From Candidatus Nomurabacteria bacterium RIFCSPHIGHO2_12_FULL_42_19 (GTDB lineage: Bacteria; Patescibacteriota; Minisyncoccia; Phycocordibacterales; UBA9973), in assembly GCA_001786955.1 (NCBI GenBank), contig MFUM01000005.1:24645-88644 (forward strand): 64,000 bases of DNA, read 5' to 3'. The position numbers and the translations under genes are program-made. Under the pieces are notes generated by a model. That model made no database searches, was not told the origin of the DNA, and worked only from the letters and a program-made list of their open reading frames with translations. Each line of letters begins with the position of its first letter. The first letter of the stretch is position 1. Shown here one piece after another: positions 19,016 to 29,002 of the stretch.

Positions 19016-20107
19016 ATGTTCGGGGATTCATTTAATAGGTTTTTCTTCAGGTTTTTTCCACCGCCTAATTTTTTAATAACGCCTTCTTTTGGCTTGGACA
19101 TTTCCGATGAATCATTGAAATTCGCAGAGCTTTTCGCGACCAAGAATGGCATTAAGGTGGGACGATATGGAGAACGCACCATACCGCCCGGGGTTATAGA
19201 ATCCGGCAAAATTAAAGATTCTAAAAGAATGGAAGAAATTTTGTCTTCACTCAGGAAAGAAGAAGGGATAAAGACTGTGCGTGTTTCCCTGCCGGAAGAG
19301 CAAATGTATCTCTTTCAGCTTCGATTGGGAAAAACGGGGTTGAAAAACGTCAAAGAGGGAATTGAACTTGCCCTTGAAGAACACGTGCCGGTACCGGCCC
19401 AAGACGCGATTTTCGATTACGATTTAGTCAAAGAAGATGCGCAAAACTTGGAAGTTCAAGTTGCCACCATACCGAAAAATATAATCGAAAACTACTTGTT
19501 GATTTTTAAGCATTCCCAGATATCGGTTCAAGCATTCGAACTTGAAGCACAGGCGCTTTCTCGGGCAGTTATCAAAAAGGGCGATATGGAAACTTATATG
19601 ATTGTGGATTTTGGCAAAAAACGCACCGGTATTTTTATTGTATCCAGCGGTATCGTAATGTTTACTTCTACTCTTGATATGGGCGGGGAGATTATGAATA
19701 AGATGATTAAAAAAAGCTTTAATGTAAGCATTGAAGAAGCGGAAAAAATGAAACAGCAATACGGTCTTCAGCGCAATGTCGCAAATAAGGAAATATTCGC
19801 CGTGCTTCTAAACAGCGTTTCTGTCCTGCGCGACGAAATAGCGAAACACTTCTTATATTGGCATACGCATAAAAATGAAGAAGATAAAAATAATCCACCC
19901 ATAAAAAAGATAATTCTTTGCGGCGGCGATTCAAATTTAATAGGGCTTGCCGACTATATTTCTGTCAGCATGAAAAGTCCGGTGGAAATGGCCAATGTCT
20001 GGATTAACATAACGAATACGGAAAATTATATTCCGGAGATGAGTTTTAGGCAGGCGCTTTCATTCGCGACCACGCTCGGGCTTGCGCTGGGAGATTTTGA
20101 AAATTGA
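19016..20107 (+). CDS. pilM: Type IV pilus assembly protein PilM
   Basis: FGLDISD, MIVDFG, ILCGG actin-like fold motifs; heads a pilMNO-like operon. Confidence 0.85.
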   Translation: MFGDSFNRFFFRFFPPPNFLITPSFGLDISDESLKFAELFATKNGIKVGRYGERTIPPGVIESGKIKDSKRMEEILSSLRKEEGIKTVRVSLPEEQMYLFQLRLGKTGLKNVKEGIELALEEHVPVPAQDAIFDYDLVKEDAQNLEVQVATIPKNIIENYLLIFKHSQISVQAFELEAQALSRAVIKKGDMETYMIVDFGKKRTGIFIVSSGIVMFTSTLDMGGEIMNKMIKKSFNVSIEEAEKMKQQYGLQRNVANKEIFAVLLNSVSVLRDEIAKHFLYWHTHKNEEDKNNPPIKKIILCGGDSNLIGLADYISVSMKSPVEMANVWINITNTENYIPEMSFRQALSFATTLGLALGDFEN

Positions 20108-20113
20108 TAATTT

Positions 20114-20656
20114 ATGATTAATTTAATTCCAAAAGAAGAGAGGAAAAAAATGACTATAGGTTTTTACTATAAGCTTGCAATTTTGTTTTTGATGGTGCTT
20201 GATTTTTGCATTTTGGTTGCCGTTATTTCTATAACCCCTTCTTATTTTCTTTCTTCCGCAAAAAGCGCTTCAATCAATACGAAATTAGAAATTCAAAAGA
20301 ATGAGCCGTTACCTTTATTTGACCAGCAAACTCTCACGGTCATCAAAGGTGTAAACAACAAACTTGATTTGGTGGAAAATGCCGAGAAAAACAAATTTCT
20401 TGTTTCCCAAAAAATCATCCGGGCTATTCTTTTAAATAAAAGATCGGATATCAAAATTACCCAAATTTTGTATGAAAATGACCCGGCTCAGGGCAAGAAA
20501 ATCAGCATTACCGGCACGGCGCCTTCCCGTGAAATTTTGCTTCTATTCCGCCGGGCACTGGAAAATGATTCCGCTTTTAAAAATGTCAATTTGCCGATTT
20601 CAAATTTCGTGAAAGGATCCAATATACAATTTTATCTAAGTCTGATTCCTTCATAA
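20114..20656 (+). CDS. PilN-like protein
   Basis: MINLIP start, single TM, I.G.A..R..L..F...L; follows pilM. Confidence 0.75.
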   Translation: MINLIPKEERKKMTIGFYYKLAILFLMVLDFCILVAVISITPSYFLSSAKSASINTKLEIQKNEPLPLFDQQTLTVIKGVNNKLDLVENAEKNKFLVSQKIIRAILLNKRSDIKITQILYENDPAQGKKISITGTAPSREILLLFRRALENDSAFKNVNLPISNFVKGSNIQFYLSLIPS

Positions 20657-20657
20657 T

Positions 20658-21197
20658 ATGAAAAACAATTTTCAAAAAATATCATTAATTCTCTTGGCAG
20701 TATTTTTTGTGTTTTTCTGTTTTGCTTTTGTGTTTTTATACAAAAAAATAAATAGCAACAATCAAAAAGCCGAACAAGATGCGACAACTTGGCAAACAGA
20801 AACACTCCGGCGCGACAACATAAGATCTTTAGATCGCTTGCTTCAAAAAATCGCTGATTCCAGAATCCTGCTTGAAACTCATTTTGCCAAAAGTTCGGAC
20901 GTTGTGCCCTTTTTAGATACAATTGAAAAATTGGCGCTAGGGGTGGGAACTAAAGCCGAGGTTAATTCGGTTGATATTTTAACAGATAATACCGGACTAA
21001 TAGTTGGATTAAAGGCATCGGGGTCTTTTGAAGCAATTTATAAATTTTTAACGCTCCTGGAAAATTCCCCCTACGAGCTTGATTTTCCTTCAATAGATAT
21101 GCACAAATTGGCAGTGTCAGGCGTGTCCGACGAAAATATTCAAAATTTGAAATGGGAAGCTACCTTTAGAATACAGCTTCTGAGCTTTGTCCCATAA
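20658..21197 (+). CDS. PilO-like protein
   Basis: N-terminal TM, GSF..IYKFL.LLEN.PY; operon position. Confidence 0.7.
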   Translation: MKNNFQKISLILLAVFFVFFCFAFVFLYKKINSNNQKAEQDATTWQTETLRRDNIRSLDRLLQKIADSRILLETHFAKSSDVVPFLDTIEKLALGVGTKAEVNSVDILTDNTGLIVGLKASGSFEAIYKFLTLLENSPYELDFPSIDMHKLAVSGVSDENIQNLKWEATFRIQLLSFVP

Positions 21198-21206
21198 ATT
21201 AAAAAA

Positions 21207-21515
21207 ATGAAAATAAAATTTTTTAAAAAAGAAAATAATTTTAAGAAAAAAAACTTTGCCTTTAATCCGAATCTCTATTGGAAAATTGCCGTCTGCGGCT
21301 CCCTTACTATGATTCTTCTGTCTTTTCTTTTCGGCTATCGTCTTTTTATGCAGATAAACCAAGAATCTATTTTGCCAATTATCAACGGCAATGAACAAGT
21401 TCCAACAATCAACGAAAATCGTGTTGGAAAAGTGCTTGATTATTTTTCTGAAAAAGAGCAAAAATCGGCTAGAATATTAAATTCTTCTTCCCCGGTCGTT
21501 GACCCTTCTCTCTAA
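21207..21515 (+). CDS. Hypothetical single-TM protein ending the pilMNO operon
   Basis: One TM helix, C-terminal DPS; 9 bp after the pilO-like gene. Confidence 0.65.
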   Translation: MKIKFFKKENNFKKKNFAFNPNLYWKIAVCGSLTMILLSFLFGYRLFMQINQESILPIINGNEQVPTINENRVGKVLDYFSEKEQKSARILNSSSPVVDPSL

Positions 21516-21537
21516 AAGTGGTAATTTGTGATTATCT

Positions 21538-21619
21538 GCGCGGTTAGCTGTTTTGGTAGGTCGTTTACCTAAATTCTTGCGCGGTTAGCTGTTTTGGTAG
21601 GTCGTTTACCTAAATTCTT
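21538..21619 (+). repeat. Two 41-bp tandem units upstream of tRNA-Val (tRNA 5' 12 nt + GTTTTGGTAGGTCGTT + TACCTAAATTCTT)
   Basis: Exact units at 21538-21578 and 21579-21619; the third GCGCGGTTAGCT begins the tRNA. Confidence 0.95.
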
Positions 21620-21692
21620 GCGCGGTTAGCTCAGTTGGTAGAGCAACCCGTTTACACCGGGAAGGTCAGGGGTTCGAGTCCCTTACCGCGCA
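21620..21692 (+). tRNA. tRNA-Val(UAC)
   Basis: GCGCGGT/ACCGCGC acceptor stem, anticodon loop TTTACAC, T-loop TTCGAGT. Confidence 0.96.
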
Positions 21693-21696
21693 CAGA

Positions 21697-21768
21697 GCCC
21701 TTGTAGTTCAATGGATAGAACGAAGCTCTTCTAAGGCTTTGATGTAGGTTCGATTCCTACCAAGGGCA
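21697..21768 (+). tRNA. tRNA-Arg(UCU)
   Basis: GCCCTTG/CAAGGGC acceptor stem, anticodon loop CTTCTAA, T-loop TTCGATT. Confidence 0.95.
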
Positions 21769-21822
21769 CACGTTAGTGAGACCGACCGAGAGGCTTATTT
21801 TGGGGAATTAGGGTAGGGTGGA

Positions 21823-22278
21823 TTAAATAATTTTAACTTCCACACTATCACTTATAGAAATGCTGTTATTAAGATCAAGTTCAGTGAGAAGTCCTACTCT
21901 AATAATTCCTTCAAATATTTTACATTCAGGTATTTTAATTAAAACTGAATATTCTCGATTTTTATCATCACTAAGTTTTGTCCAATGTCCCTCATATCCT
22001 TTTTGCGTCCATAAATCTTTCCTGTTTTTCTCACCAACAAAAATATCAATATCCATCACAGCTGGATTGTGGTCCCACCGAAATATAAATCTTGGCAATT
22101 TTTTATCGCTTGAAAAAAGTTCGGCAATTACAAGATAACCATTTTTATCTTTAAGAGCTTTTTTGTCGGAATTCATGCTTAGAGTATAATCACTGTCTTT
22201 ATACTTTATTGATATTGGCTCCACGCCAGTAGTTCCACCGACCCTTATTTGTTTTTCAGAAAATTTATTTTTACCCAT
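21823..22278 (-). CDS. Hypothetical protein
   Basis: 151-aa ATG-start ORF co-oriented with, and 11 bp after, the protease gene. Confidence 0.65.
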   Translation of the reverse strand: MGKNKFSEKQIRVGGTTGVEPISIKYKDSDYTLSMNSDKKALKDKNGYLVIAELFSSDKKLPRFIFRWDHNPAVMDIDIFVGEKNRKDLWTQKGYEGHWTKLSDDKNREYSVLIKIPECKIFEGIIRVGLLTELDLNNSISISDSVEVKII

Positions 22279-22289
22279 AATTAAAAAGA

Positions 22290-24164
22290 TTATTTTAAGT
22301 TATCAAAAATATATTTTAAATCTAGTATTCTGCCAATACTCTCTAATTCTCCCTGCTGAACAAATGTTGGTATTCCAATTACACAACCAGAGTCCTCAAT
22401 TGCGATACCACCCGAATTACCGTGATCAATTTTTGCCGATGTTTTATAGTAATGTACGCCATTATTGTCAGTTTCAACACCAGATACTATTCCATCAGTT
22501 ACAGTTAAGCTATTTCCTCCCACTGCTGGATAGCCAAATACAGACAACGGAGTGCCAATATCAACAGAAGAACAGTAATAAGTTTCCGATTCTGCTTGCG
22601 CGTAAAGATTTAGATCTTGGAAACTACCTCTGTTACCAATAGAAGTATCAGTAACGATCTCAACCTTAACAAATGCCGTATCAATATAACTCTTGAAAAA
22701 CTTATAGCCAGTACTCTTGAAAATAAGATAACGATCACTATTGGTGTAATCTGGGTATAAAACTATAACACAAGAAGATATTGAATTATCGTCTGTTTCA
22801 ACAACATGTAAATTTGTTTGAACATAAAATGGAGCAAGTCCTGACTGGTTTGTTGTCATGTAGAGCATACCAGTTCCTTGTTTAAGATCATCTGAGTGAG
22901 AATTAGCAAAGCATAATATTTTAACAACTGATTGAGAAAACTTTGTCAAAAATGCACCAGTAGGGCGAGTGTCATTTATTTGCACTGGTCTATTTTGTAA
23001 TTCTTGCAGAGCTTGCTTTGTGGCATTTTCGTTTGCTCGTGACTGTTGTAATTGTGAGCTTTGTTGTTCTAACAAGCCTTGTTGTTTAGCAAATGTTTCT
23101 TTTTGAGATATTTTCAAAGATTGAATTTCTTGTAATGTGTTTTGTGTTTGTTTATAGAGTGTAAAACCAAACCAGCTAAATAAAATAAAACCAAAAATAA
23201 CAGCACCCGTTACAAATTGTGCATTCGAAATTTTGATCGATTTAATACCAACTATTAACGTAGAAAATTTAACTTTATAAAACAACTGGTACACCAAATA
23301 AAGTAAGCCGAGAAATAGAACTGTTAAAATCGGATAGGTAATCTCTTTTTTGTTAAATAATGACTTGATTGAAGTAAAAAATTCCCGCAATGAAGTTATG
23401 ATTCTCGATTGTATTTGAGTGGTACTGGCCGTGCTTTCTTTTTTGACTTCTTTTTCGAATACCACACTAGGGTTTTTTGCTTTAAGATTACTTAAGGTAT
23501 CACTTGGCACTAAATCTGAATGCAACCATCCATTAGTAAATCCTGTACTTTGGAAAAATCCGCTTTTATTCGTACCATGGTCAACTACAGACACAAAATA
23601 CCAATCGCCTTGTTTCTTTTTAATAGTTGCATCTCCATTAAATGTTCCCCAATTTGCAATTCCACAAGAAAATGCGGGGCAAGCACGTACCTTTTCACTA
23701 CCCATTAAATGGAAAGTAACCGTGTTCTCAAAAACTACTGCAACATCTTTTTCAAAAACCTCATTCAAAATAACCTCGATTGTTGCAGAACAACTGTTTG
23801 TCCCCCCGGGTCCTCTGACTGTCCATGTGCAACTTCCTTTGCCTATTTTAGACGGTCGGACTTGACCAGAATTACTTGTTCCGTTAATGATTTCTTGTGC
23901 GTTTGAAAAATTAAGAAATTCTGAGGTTGTATAGTTCTCCGTATAGCCACCAAGATATTTAAGAACACCATCACAACTTGTTGTAATACCACTCAACGGT
24001 CCAGTAGTTTTCCAAAAATTTACAGAATTTTCTCCTTGCTTGACTATCGATGGAGTAAAAGACATTGTGCACGTCGGAGCAGGAGCCGCATAAGCCAAAG
24101 AATTTATAGTGAATATAACTCCTATAAAAACAGAAATTATTGCAATTTTTCTAAAAATTTTCAC
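22290..24164 (-). CDS. Membrane-anchored trypsin-like (S1) serine protease with N-terminal beta-sandwich and SH3-like domains
   Basis: Signal peptide, two internal TM helices, coiled coil; triad motifs TNLHVV, IDTAF, GYP, HGNSGG. Confidence 0.8.
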   Translation of the reverse strand: MKIFRKIAIISVFIGVIFTINSLAYAAPAPTCTMSFTPSIVKQGENSVNFWKTTGPLSGITTSCDGVLKYLGGYTENYTTSEFLNFSNAQEIINGTSNSGQVRPSKIGKGSCTWTVRGPGGTNSCSATIEVILNEVFEKDVAVVFENTVTFHLMGSEKVRACPAFSCGIANWGTFNGDATIKKKQGDWYFVSVVDHGTNKSGFFQSTGFTNGWLHSDLVPSDTLSNLKAKNPSVVFEKEVKKESTASTTQIQSRIITSLREFFTSIKSLFNKKEITYPILTVLFLGLLYLVYQLFYKVKFSTLIVGIKSIKISNAQFVTGAVIFGFILFSWFGFTLYKQTQNTLQEIQSLKISQKETFAKQQGLLEQQSSQLQQSRANENATKQALQELQNRPVQINDTRPTGAFLTKFSQSVVKILCFANSHSDDLKQGTGMLYMTTNQSGLAPFYVQTNLHVVETDDNSISSCVIVLYPDYTNSDRYLIFKSTGYKFFKSYIDTAFVKVEIVTDTSIGNRGSFQDLNLYAQAESETYYCSSVDIGTPLSVFGYPAVGGNSLTVTDGIVSGVETDNNGVHYYKTSAKIDHGNSGGIAIEDSGCVIGIPTFVQQGELESIGRILDLKYIFDNLK

Positions 24165-24399
24165 TATATATATTAACTAATTATTACTTTTTATCCACAA
24201 TACAAGAATAGCAAAAATCAGATGCCTTTTCAAGGTATTATTTTTGATTTTAACCATACCCAAATTTCCCCGAATAAATTCGCGCGGGTTCCTCTCCAGA
24301 CCCAGTAAAATAGTTTTTGTAATTTTTGTAGGTTTTATTTTCCACTGGCATGATTCTTACATGTAACTATATGCTACTTAGCAAGTAGTTTTATAATTT

Positions 24400-25719
24400 C
24401 TATCCAATCCTTACCTCCTTATTATTCATCAAAATTTTACTCCTCAAACAGGAAAGTAGTTCTCGCTTCTCTAGTATCGTACCTCCTCGTAAAACATGCT
24501 TTGCATAATTCCGTATATCCACATCCGCTACTTTGACAGTCGCTTCTTTAAGTCCAAGTATCCCAACATTAAATCTCTTGTGTCGCTCTATTTCATCTTT
24601 TATTTTTGTCTTCATTCCAATCTCGTCAAGGTCAATTTCATCCATCAATCCTGCAAGCTGTTCTATCAAATTTTCCTCTCTTAGATAGCCCGACTTGCAA
24701 TCTTTGTCTTGATATCTGCAGCACCCATAGTATACATATCGATGCACATTTCCGTTGTTTTGTTTCTTAAATTTTTCATCAGCTGTTATGCCTGATCCAC
24801 ACAATCCGCAGGTCATGAGTTTAGTAAAAGCAAATTCTTTATGCTCGCCCTTAAGTGTATACTCCATCATTTGTTCCTGCACTTTATCAAAAAGTTCTTT
24901 CGTGATAATCGGAGTATGCTTGCCTGTATACCACTGCCCTCCACCTTTTGGATATTCAAAACTGCCGTAGTAAAAAGTATTTCTTAGAGTAATGTATATA
25001 TTACTTATGGTAAAAGCCTTGCCAGTTCTAGTTTTGAACTTCATCTCATTTTTGAGCCAAGCATGCAATCTTCTTCCGCTCATTTTCTCATATGCTACTT
25101 TCTCGAACATTTTCTTAATAATTGGTGCTCTATGCTCATCAATTTCAATATGACATCTTTTGTCTGTATTTTTACTATTAAGATAACCAGTGGGTGCCGT
25201 GCATGGCCAGAGTCCCATTTCACATCTGGCTCGCAGTCCTCTTTTCACATTGACGACTTTGTTATCGTTCTCCAATTTCGCTTGGCTTCCTAAAATCATC
25301 AGCAAGAATTTTTCATTTGGACTATTACTGAATTTCTGTCCGTAGGTGCGTATCTCATGAAGTATTCCCTGGTCCATCAGGTCTACAATTCTTCCAAGGT
25401 CTCCTGCGTTTCTTGAAATTCTATCCGGTGCCCAAGTAAGTATTCCATTAAACTTCTTTTGCTTTATTTGATCCACAATTTCGTTAAACACTGGTCGTTG
25501 CCCGGCTTCTTTCGCAGAGTGTGATTCTTTTTTGATTTCTACTATCTCAAGGTGATCACGTTCTGCCATAGAGATCATTTCTTTGATTTGGCTGTCTATG
25601 GAAAGAATTTGAGCTTCTTCGCTCTCCGTAGATTTTCTTGCATACAGACAATATTTTACCTTTATGGGAGCTTGTGCAATTCTCGCCATAGCCCCAACTG
25701 GCATTTGTATTATTTCCAT
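24400..25719 (-). CDS. Large serine recombinase (resolvase, recombinase and Zn-ribbon domains)
   Basis: YARKS catalytic motif, DRISRN, APTGY, H.PII..ELF..VQ, CGLCG..YY.C. Confidence 0.93.
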   Translation of the reverse strand: MEIIQMPVGAMARIAQAPIKVKYCLYARKSTESEEAQILSIDSQIKEMISMAERDHLEIVEIKKESHSAKEAGQRPVFNEIVDQIKQKKFNGILTWAPDRISRNAGDLGRIVDLMDQGILHEIRTYGQKFSNSPNEKFLLMILGSQAKLENDNKVVNVKRGLRARCEMGLWPCTAPTGYLNSKNTDKRCHIEIDEHRAPIIKKMFEKVAYEKMSGRRLHAWLKNEMKFKTRTGKAFTISNIYITLRNTFYYGSFEYPKGGGQWYTGKHTPIITKELFDKVQEQMMEYTLKGEHKEFAFTKLMTCGLCGSGITADEKFKKQNNGNVHRYVYYGCCRYQDKDCKSGYLREENLIEQLAGLMDEIDLDEIGMKTKIKDEIERHKRFNVGILGLKEATVKVADVDIRNYAKHVLRGGTILEKRELLSCLRSKILMNNKEVRIG

Positions 25720-25848
25720 ATATTCAATGAATGACGCAACCTCTCTTGAGAGTCTAGGAGGGGTAAGTTGGTAAAGTGTTGGTAACTTAATTTCTCAAAA
25801 AGCCTTTATTTTTCTACTCAAAAGTGGTATAGTAGACTTTATAAAATT

Positions 25849-28800
25849 ATGGATAATCTTTTTACAAATTATATCCAATCCATCTCTGCTAAGTTTTCGC
25901 ATAGAGAAACAAGTGAAATGGGTTATCGGACAGATTTCGAAATCCTCCTAAAAGGTGTTTTCGAATCAATTAATGTTAAGAGAATTGATCATGATGCAAA
26001 AGCCATACAAGGAAACAAGCCTGACTTCGCTGTGCTTAAAAATGATGTGCCTATTCTGTATATTGAAGCAAAAGATATAGGAGTTTCTTTAGATAAAGTT
26101 GAAAAGTCCGAGCAGATGGCGAGATACTTTGGCTATACAAATTTAGTTCTGACAGATTATGTAGAGTTTCGTTTTTATAGAAACGGTCTTCGTTATGATG
26201 AGCCAATAAAAATAGCAGATTATGATATAAAAAATCGAACAATTACGCCTATTTCGGAAAATTATGAACATGTTGCCAAAACACTCTTGGATTTTACACA
26301 ATCGCAAAAAGAGCCAATACGCTCCGGCAAGCACCTCTCAAAAATTATGGGAGGAAGAGCACAAAGAATTAGAGATAACGTACGACAATTTCTTATTACT
26401 CAATCGGATAAGAACGCAGAGCTAGTTCGCTTGTATGAAACGTTTAAAAAACTTCTAGTTCATGATCTCACAACAGATGCATTTGCCGATATGTATGCGC
26501 AGACTCTTGTGTATGGTTTATTTGTCGCTCGCTATCATGATGAGACTAGAAAAGATTTCTCACGACAAGAAGCACGAGATCTAATACCCAAGTCAAATCC
26601 ACTTCTCCTGCATTTTTTTGACCATATAGTTGGTCCAAATTTTGATAAACGACTTGAATATATCGTTAATGAATTGTGTGAAGTTTTTTCTCATGCTGAT
26701 GTTCAAGAACTAATGAAAGAATATTTTAAGGATGATTTATGGGGTAAAACTCAAAGAGGCCCTGATCCAGTTATTCACTTTTATGAAGATTTTTTGAAAG
26801 AATATGATCCTGATTTACGCAAGAAAATGGGTGCTTACTACACTCCACTACCTATTGTGCAGTTTATTGTGCGTTCTGTTGATTATTTGCTTGAAAAAGA
26901 GTTTAGTCTTATGTCTGGTTTAGCTGACACATCAAAGACAGATGACGGTATTCATAAGGTTCAAATTCTTGATCCAGCCGTAGGAACAGGAACATTTATA
27001 AGTGATATTATAGGGAAAATTTACGAACGAATACTGAAAAGAAAACAGGACGGTAGTTGGCCGGCGTATGTACATCACGACTTGCTTCCACGTTTACATG
27101 GATTTGAGCTTATGATGACGCCATATACCATAGCCCACTTAAAGTTGGGAATGGCTTTTAAGAAAACAGGGTTCAAGTATTTCAATCAACGTCTTGGAAT
27201 TTATCTTACAAATTCCCTTGAAGAAGGTGTTGTACAAGATGGAATGTTTACTGGATTTGGTTTTGCTGAAAGTATTACAGAAGAATCAAAATTGGCATCA
27301 AAAATTAAGAATGATAAACCGATTATGGTTGTCATTGGTAATCCACCATATAGCGTGAGTTCGTCCAACAAAGGTAAATGGATTCAAGATCTCATTAAAG
27401 TTTACAAAAAAGATTTAGGTGAGCGTAAAATTAATCTTGACGACGATTATATTAAATTTATTCGTTTCGCTGAGCATTTTATAGAGAAAAACAAGAGTGG
27501 CATCGTGGCTATGATTACCAACAACTCATTTATTGACGGTATTACTCACCGCCAAATGAGAAAACATCTTCTTGAAACATTTGATGACATTTATATTCTT
27601 GATTTACATGGCAACTCCAAGAAAAAAGAAAAAGCACCTGATGGAGGAAAAGACGAAAATGTTTTTGATATTCAACAGGGTGTTTCAATAAATATTTTTA
27701 TTCGTAAAACCAAGGATAAAAAAAATCTTGGCACTGTCTATCATTCAGAATTTTTTGGAAAGCGTGAAATAAAATTTGAAACGCTCAATGATTCTGATCT
27801 AGATAAAATCAAATGGCAAAAACTTGACTACTCCGAACCATATTATTTTTTTGTGCCGAAAGATTTTAGTGCAAATGAAGAATACGAGAAAGGATTTAAG
27901 GTTGATGAGTTATTTGGTATTTATTCTTCTGGAATCGAGTCAGCAAAGGATGATTTCATTGTTAAGTTTTCTGATAAAGAGGTTCTTGATTTAAGAAATT
28001 TTATTGAAGTTCATTCAGATAAGGAAATATCTGATGCGTATAATCTAAAAATTAACAAAGCTACTCAGGTAAAAAATGATTTCAAAAATATTACAGGCAA
28101 TTATGCAAAATTATCCTACAGACCTTTTGATACTAGGTATACGTTGTATTCATCTAATAGTACAGGTGTTTGGTTTCGACCGAAGTATGAGGTGATGAAA
28201 CATCTAACTAAAAATAATCTAGCTTTATTAACTTGTAGACAGCAGACTAGTTTTGGTTTTCAACATATTTTTGTAGCAAATACTATAGTTGAAAGATGCG
28301 CTGTCTCTCTACAGACAGGAGAAGTTACTTATGCATTTCCTCTCTATCTATATCCCGAAGAAGGTGAAAACCCACGAGTTGGAGAAGCCGGGAACATCCC
28401 CGTTGAGCGTATTTCGAATATTAGTATCTCCATAGCACGGGGTATTGCTAAAAAAATAGGTAGAGTTTGGTATTCGGTCGCTGAATATCCCACCAAGCAG
28501 GGAGATGTCCGACTAACACCTGAAGATATCTTTGATTACATTTATGCAGTTCTACACTCTCCAACATACCGAGAAAAATACAAGGAATTTCTCAAAATAG
28601 ATTTTCCTTGTGTGCCGTATCCAAAAGACAAAAAACAATTTGAGGCACTTGTTATGTTGGGGTGCGAACTAAGAGAAATTCACTTACTTGAATCGTCAAA
28701 AGTCAATAAATTTTTTACAACGTATCCTGTTGTTGGATCTGATATAGTCGAGAAAGTTTCTTACAAAGATGGCAGGGTATGTATCAATGCTGAGCAGTAT

Positions 28801-28998
28801 TTTGGTAATGTCCCGGAAGTTGCCTGGAATTTCTATATTGGCGGCTATCAACCTGCTCAAAAGTGGCTCAAGGATCGCAAAGGTCAAACCCTTTCAAATA
28901 GTGATATTGAGCACTATCAAAAAATGATTGTTGCTTTATTTGAAACAAATAGAATCATGAAGGAAATAGATATTGTAGAAGATTTAAACAAAAAATAA
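25849..28998 (+). CDS. Single-chain restriction-modification enzyme (N-terminal PD-(D/E)XK nuclease, N6-adenine MTase, type ISP-like C-terminal TRD)
   Basis: KPDF..IEAK, GAYYTP, ILDPAVGTGTF, GNPPY, C-terminal IGGYQ...KWLKDRK. Confidence 0.9.
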   Translation: MDNLFTNYIQSISAKFSHRETSEMGYRTDFEILLKGVFESINVKRIDHDAKAIQGNKPDFAVLKNDVPILYIEAKDIGVSLDKVEKSEQMARYFGYTNLVLTDYVEFRFYRNGLRYDEPIKIADYDIKNRTITPISENYEHVAKTLLDFTQSQKEPIRSGKHLSKIMGGRAQRIRDNVRQFLITQSDKNAELVRLYETFKKLLVHDLTTDAFADMYAQTLVYGLFVARYHDETRKDFSRQEARDLIPKSNPLLLHFFDHIVGPNFDKRLEYIVNELCEVFSHADVQELMKEYFKDDLWGKTQRGPDPVIHFYEDFLKEYDPDLRKKMGAYYTPLPIVQFIVRSVDYLLEKEFSLMSGLADTSKTDDGIHKVQILDPAVGTGTFISDIIGKIYERILKRKQDGSWPAYVHHDLLPRLHGFELMMTPYTIAHLKLGMAFKKTGFKYFNQRLGIYLTNSLEEGVVQDGMFTGFGFAESITEESKLASKIKNDKPIMVVIGNPPYSVSSSNKGKWIQDLIKVYKKDLGERKINLDDDYIKFIRFAEHFIEKNKSGIVAMITNNSFIDGITHRQMRKHLLETFDDIYILDLHGNSKKKEKAPDGGKDENVFDIQQGVSINIFIRKTKDKKNLGTVYHSEFFGKREIKFETLNDSDLDKIKWQKLDYSEPYYFFVPKDFSANEEYEKGFKVDELFGIYSSGIESAKDDFIVKFSDKEVLDLRNFIEVHSDKEISDAYNLKINKATQVKNDFKNITGNYAKLSYRPFDTRYTLYSSNSTGVWFRPKYEVMKHLTKNNLALLTCRQQTSFGFQHIFVANTIVERCAVSLQTGEVTYAFPLYLYPEEGENPRVGEAGNIPVERISNISISIARGIAKKIGRVWYSVAEYPTKQGDVRLTPEDIFDYIYAVLHSPTYREKYKEFLKIDFPCVPYPKDKKQFEALVMLGCELREIHLLESSKVNKFFTTYPVVGSDIVEKVSYKDGRVCINAEQYFGNVPEVAWNFYIGGYQPAQKWLKDRKGQTLSNSDIEHYQKMIVALFETNRIMKEIDIVEDLNKK

Positions 28999-29002
28999 AT
29001 TT

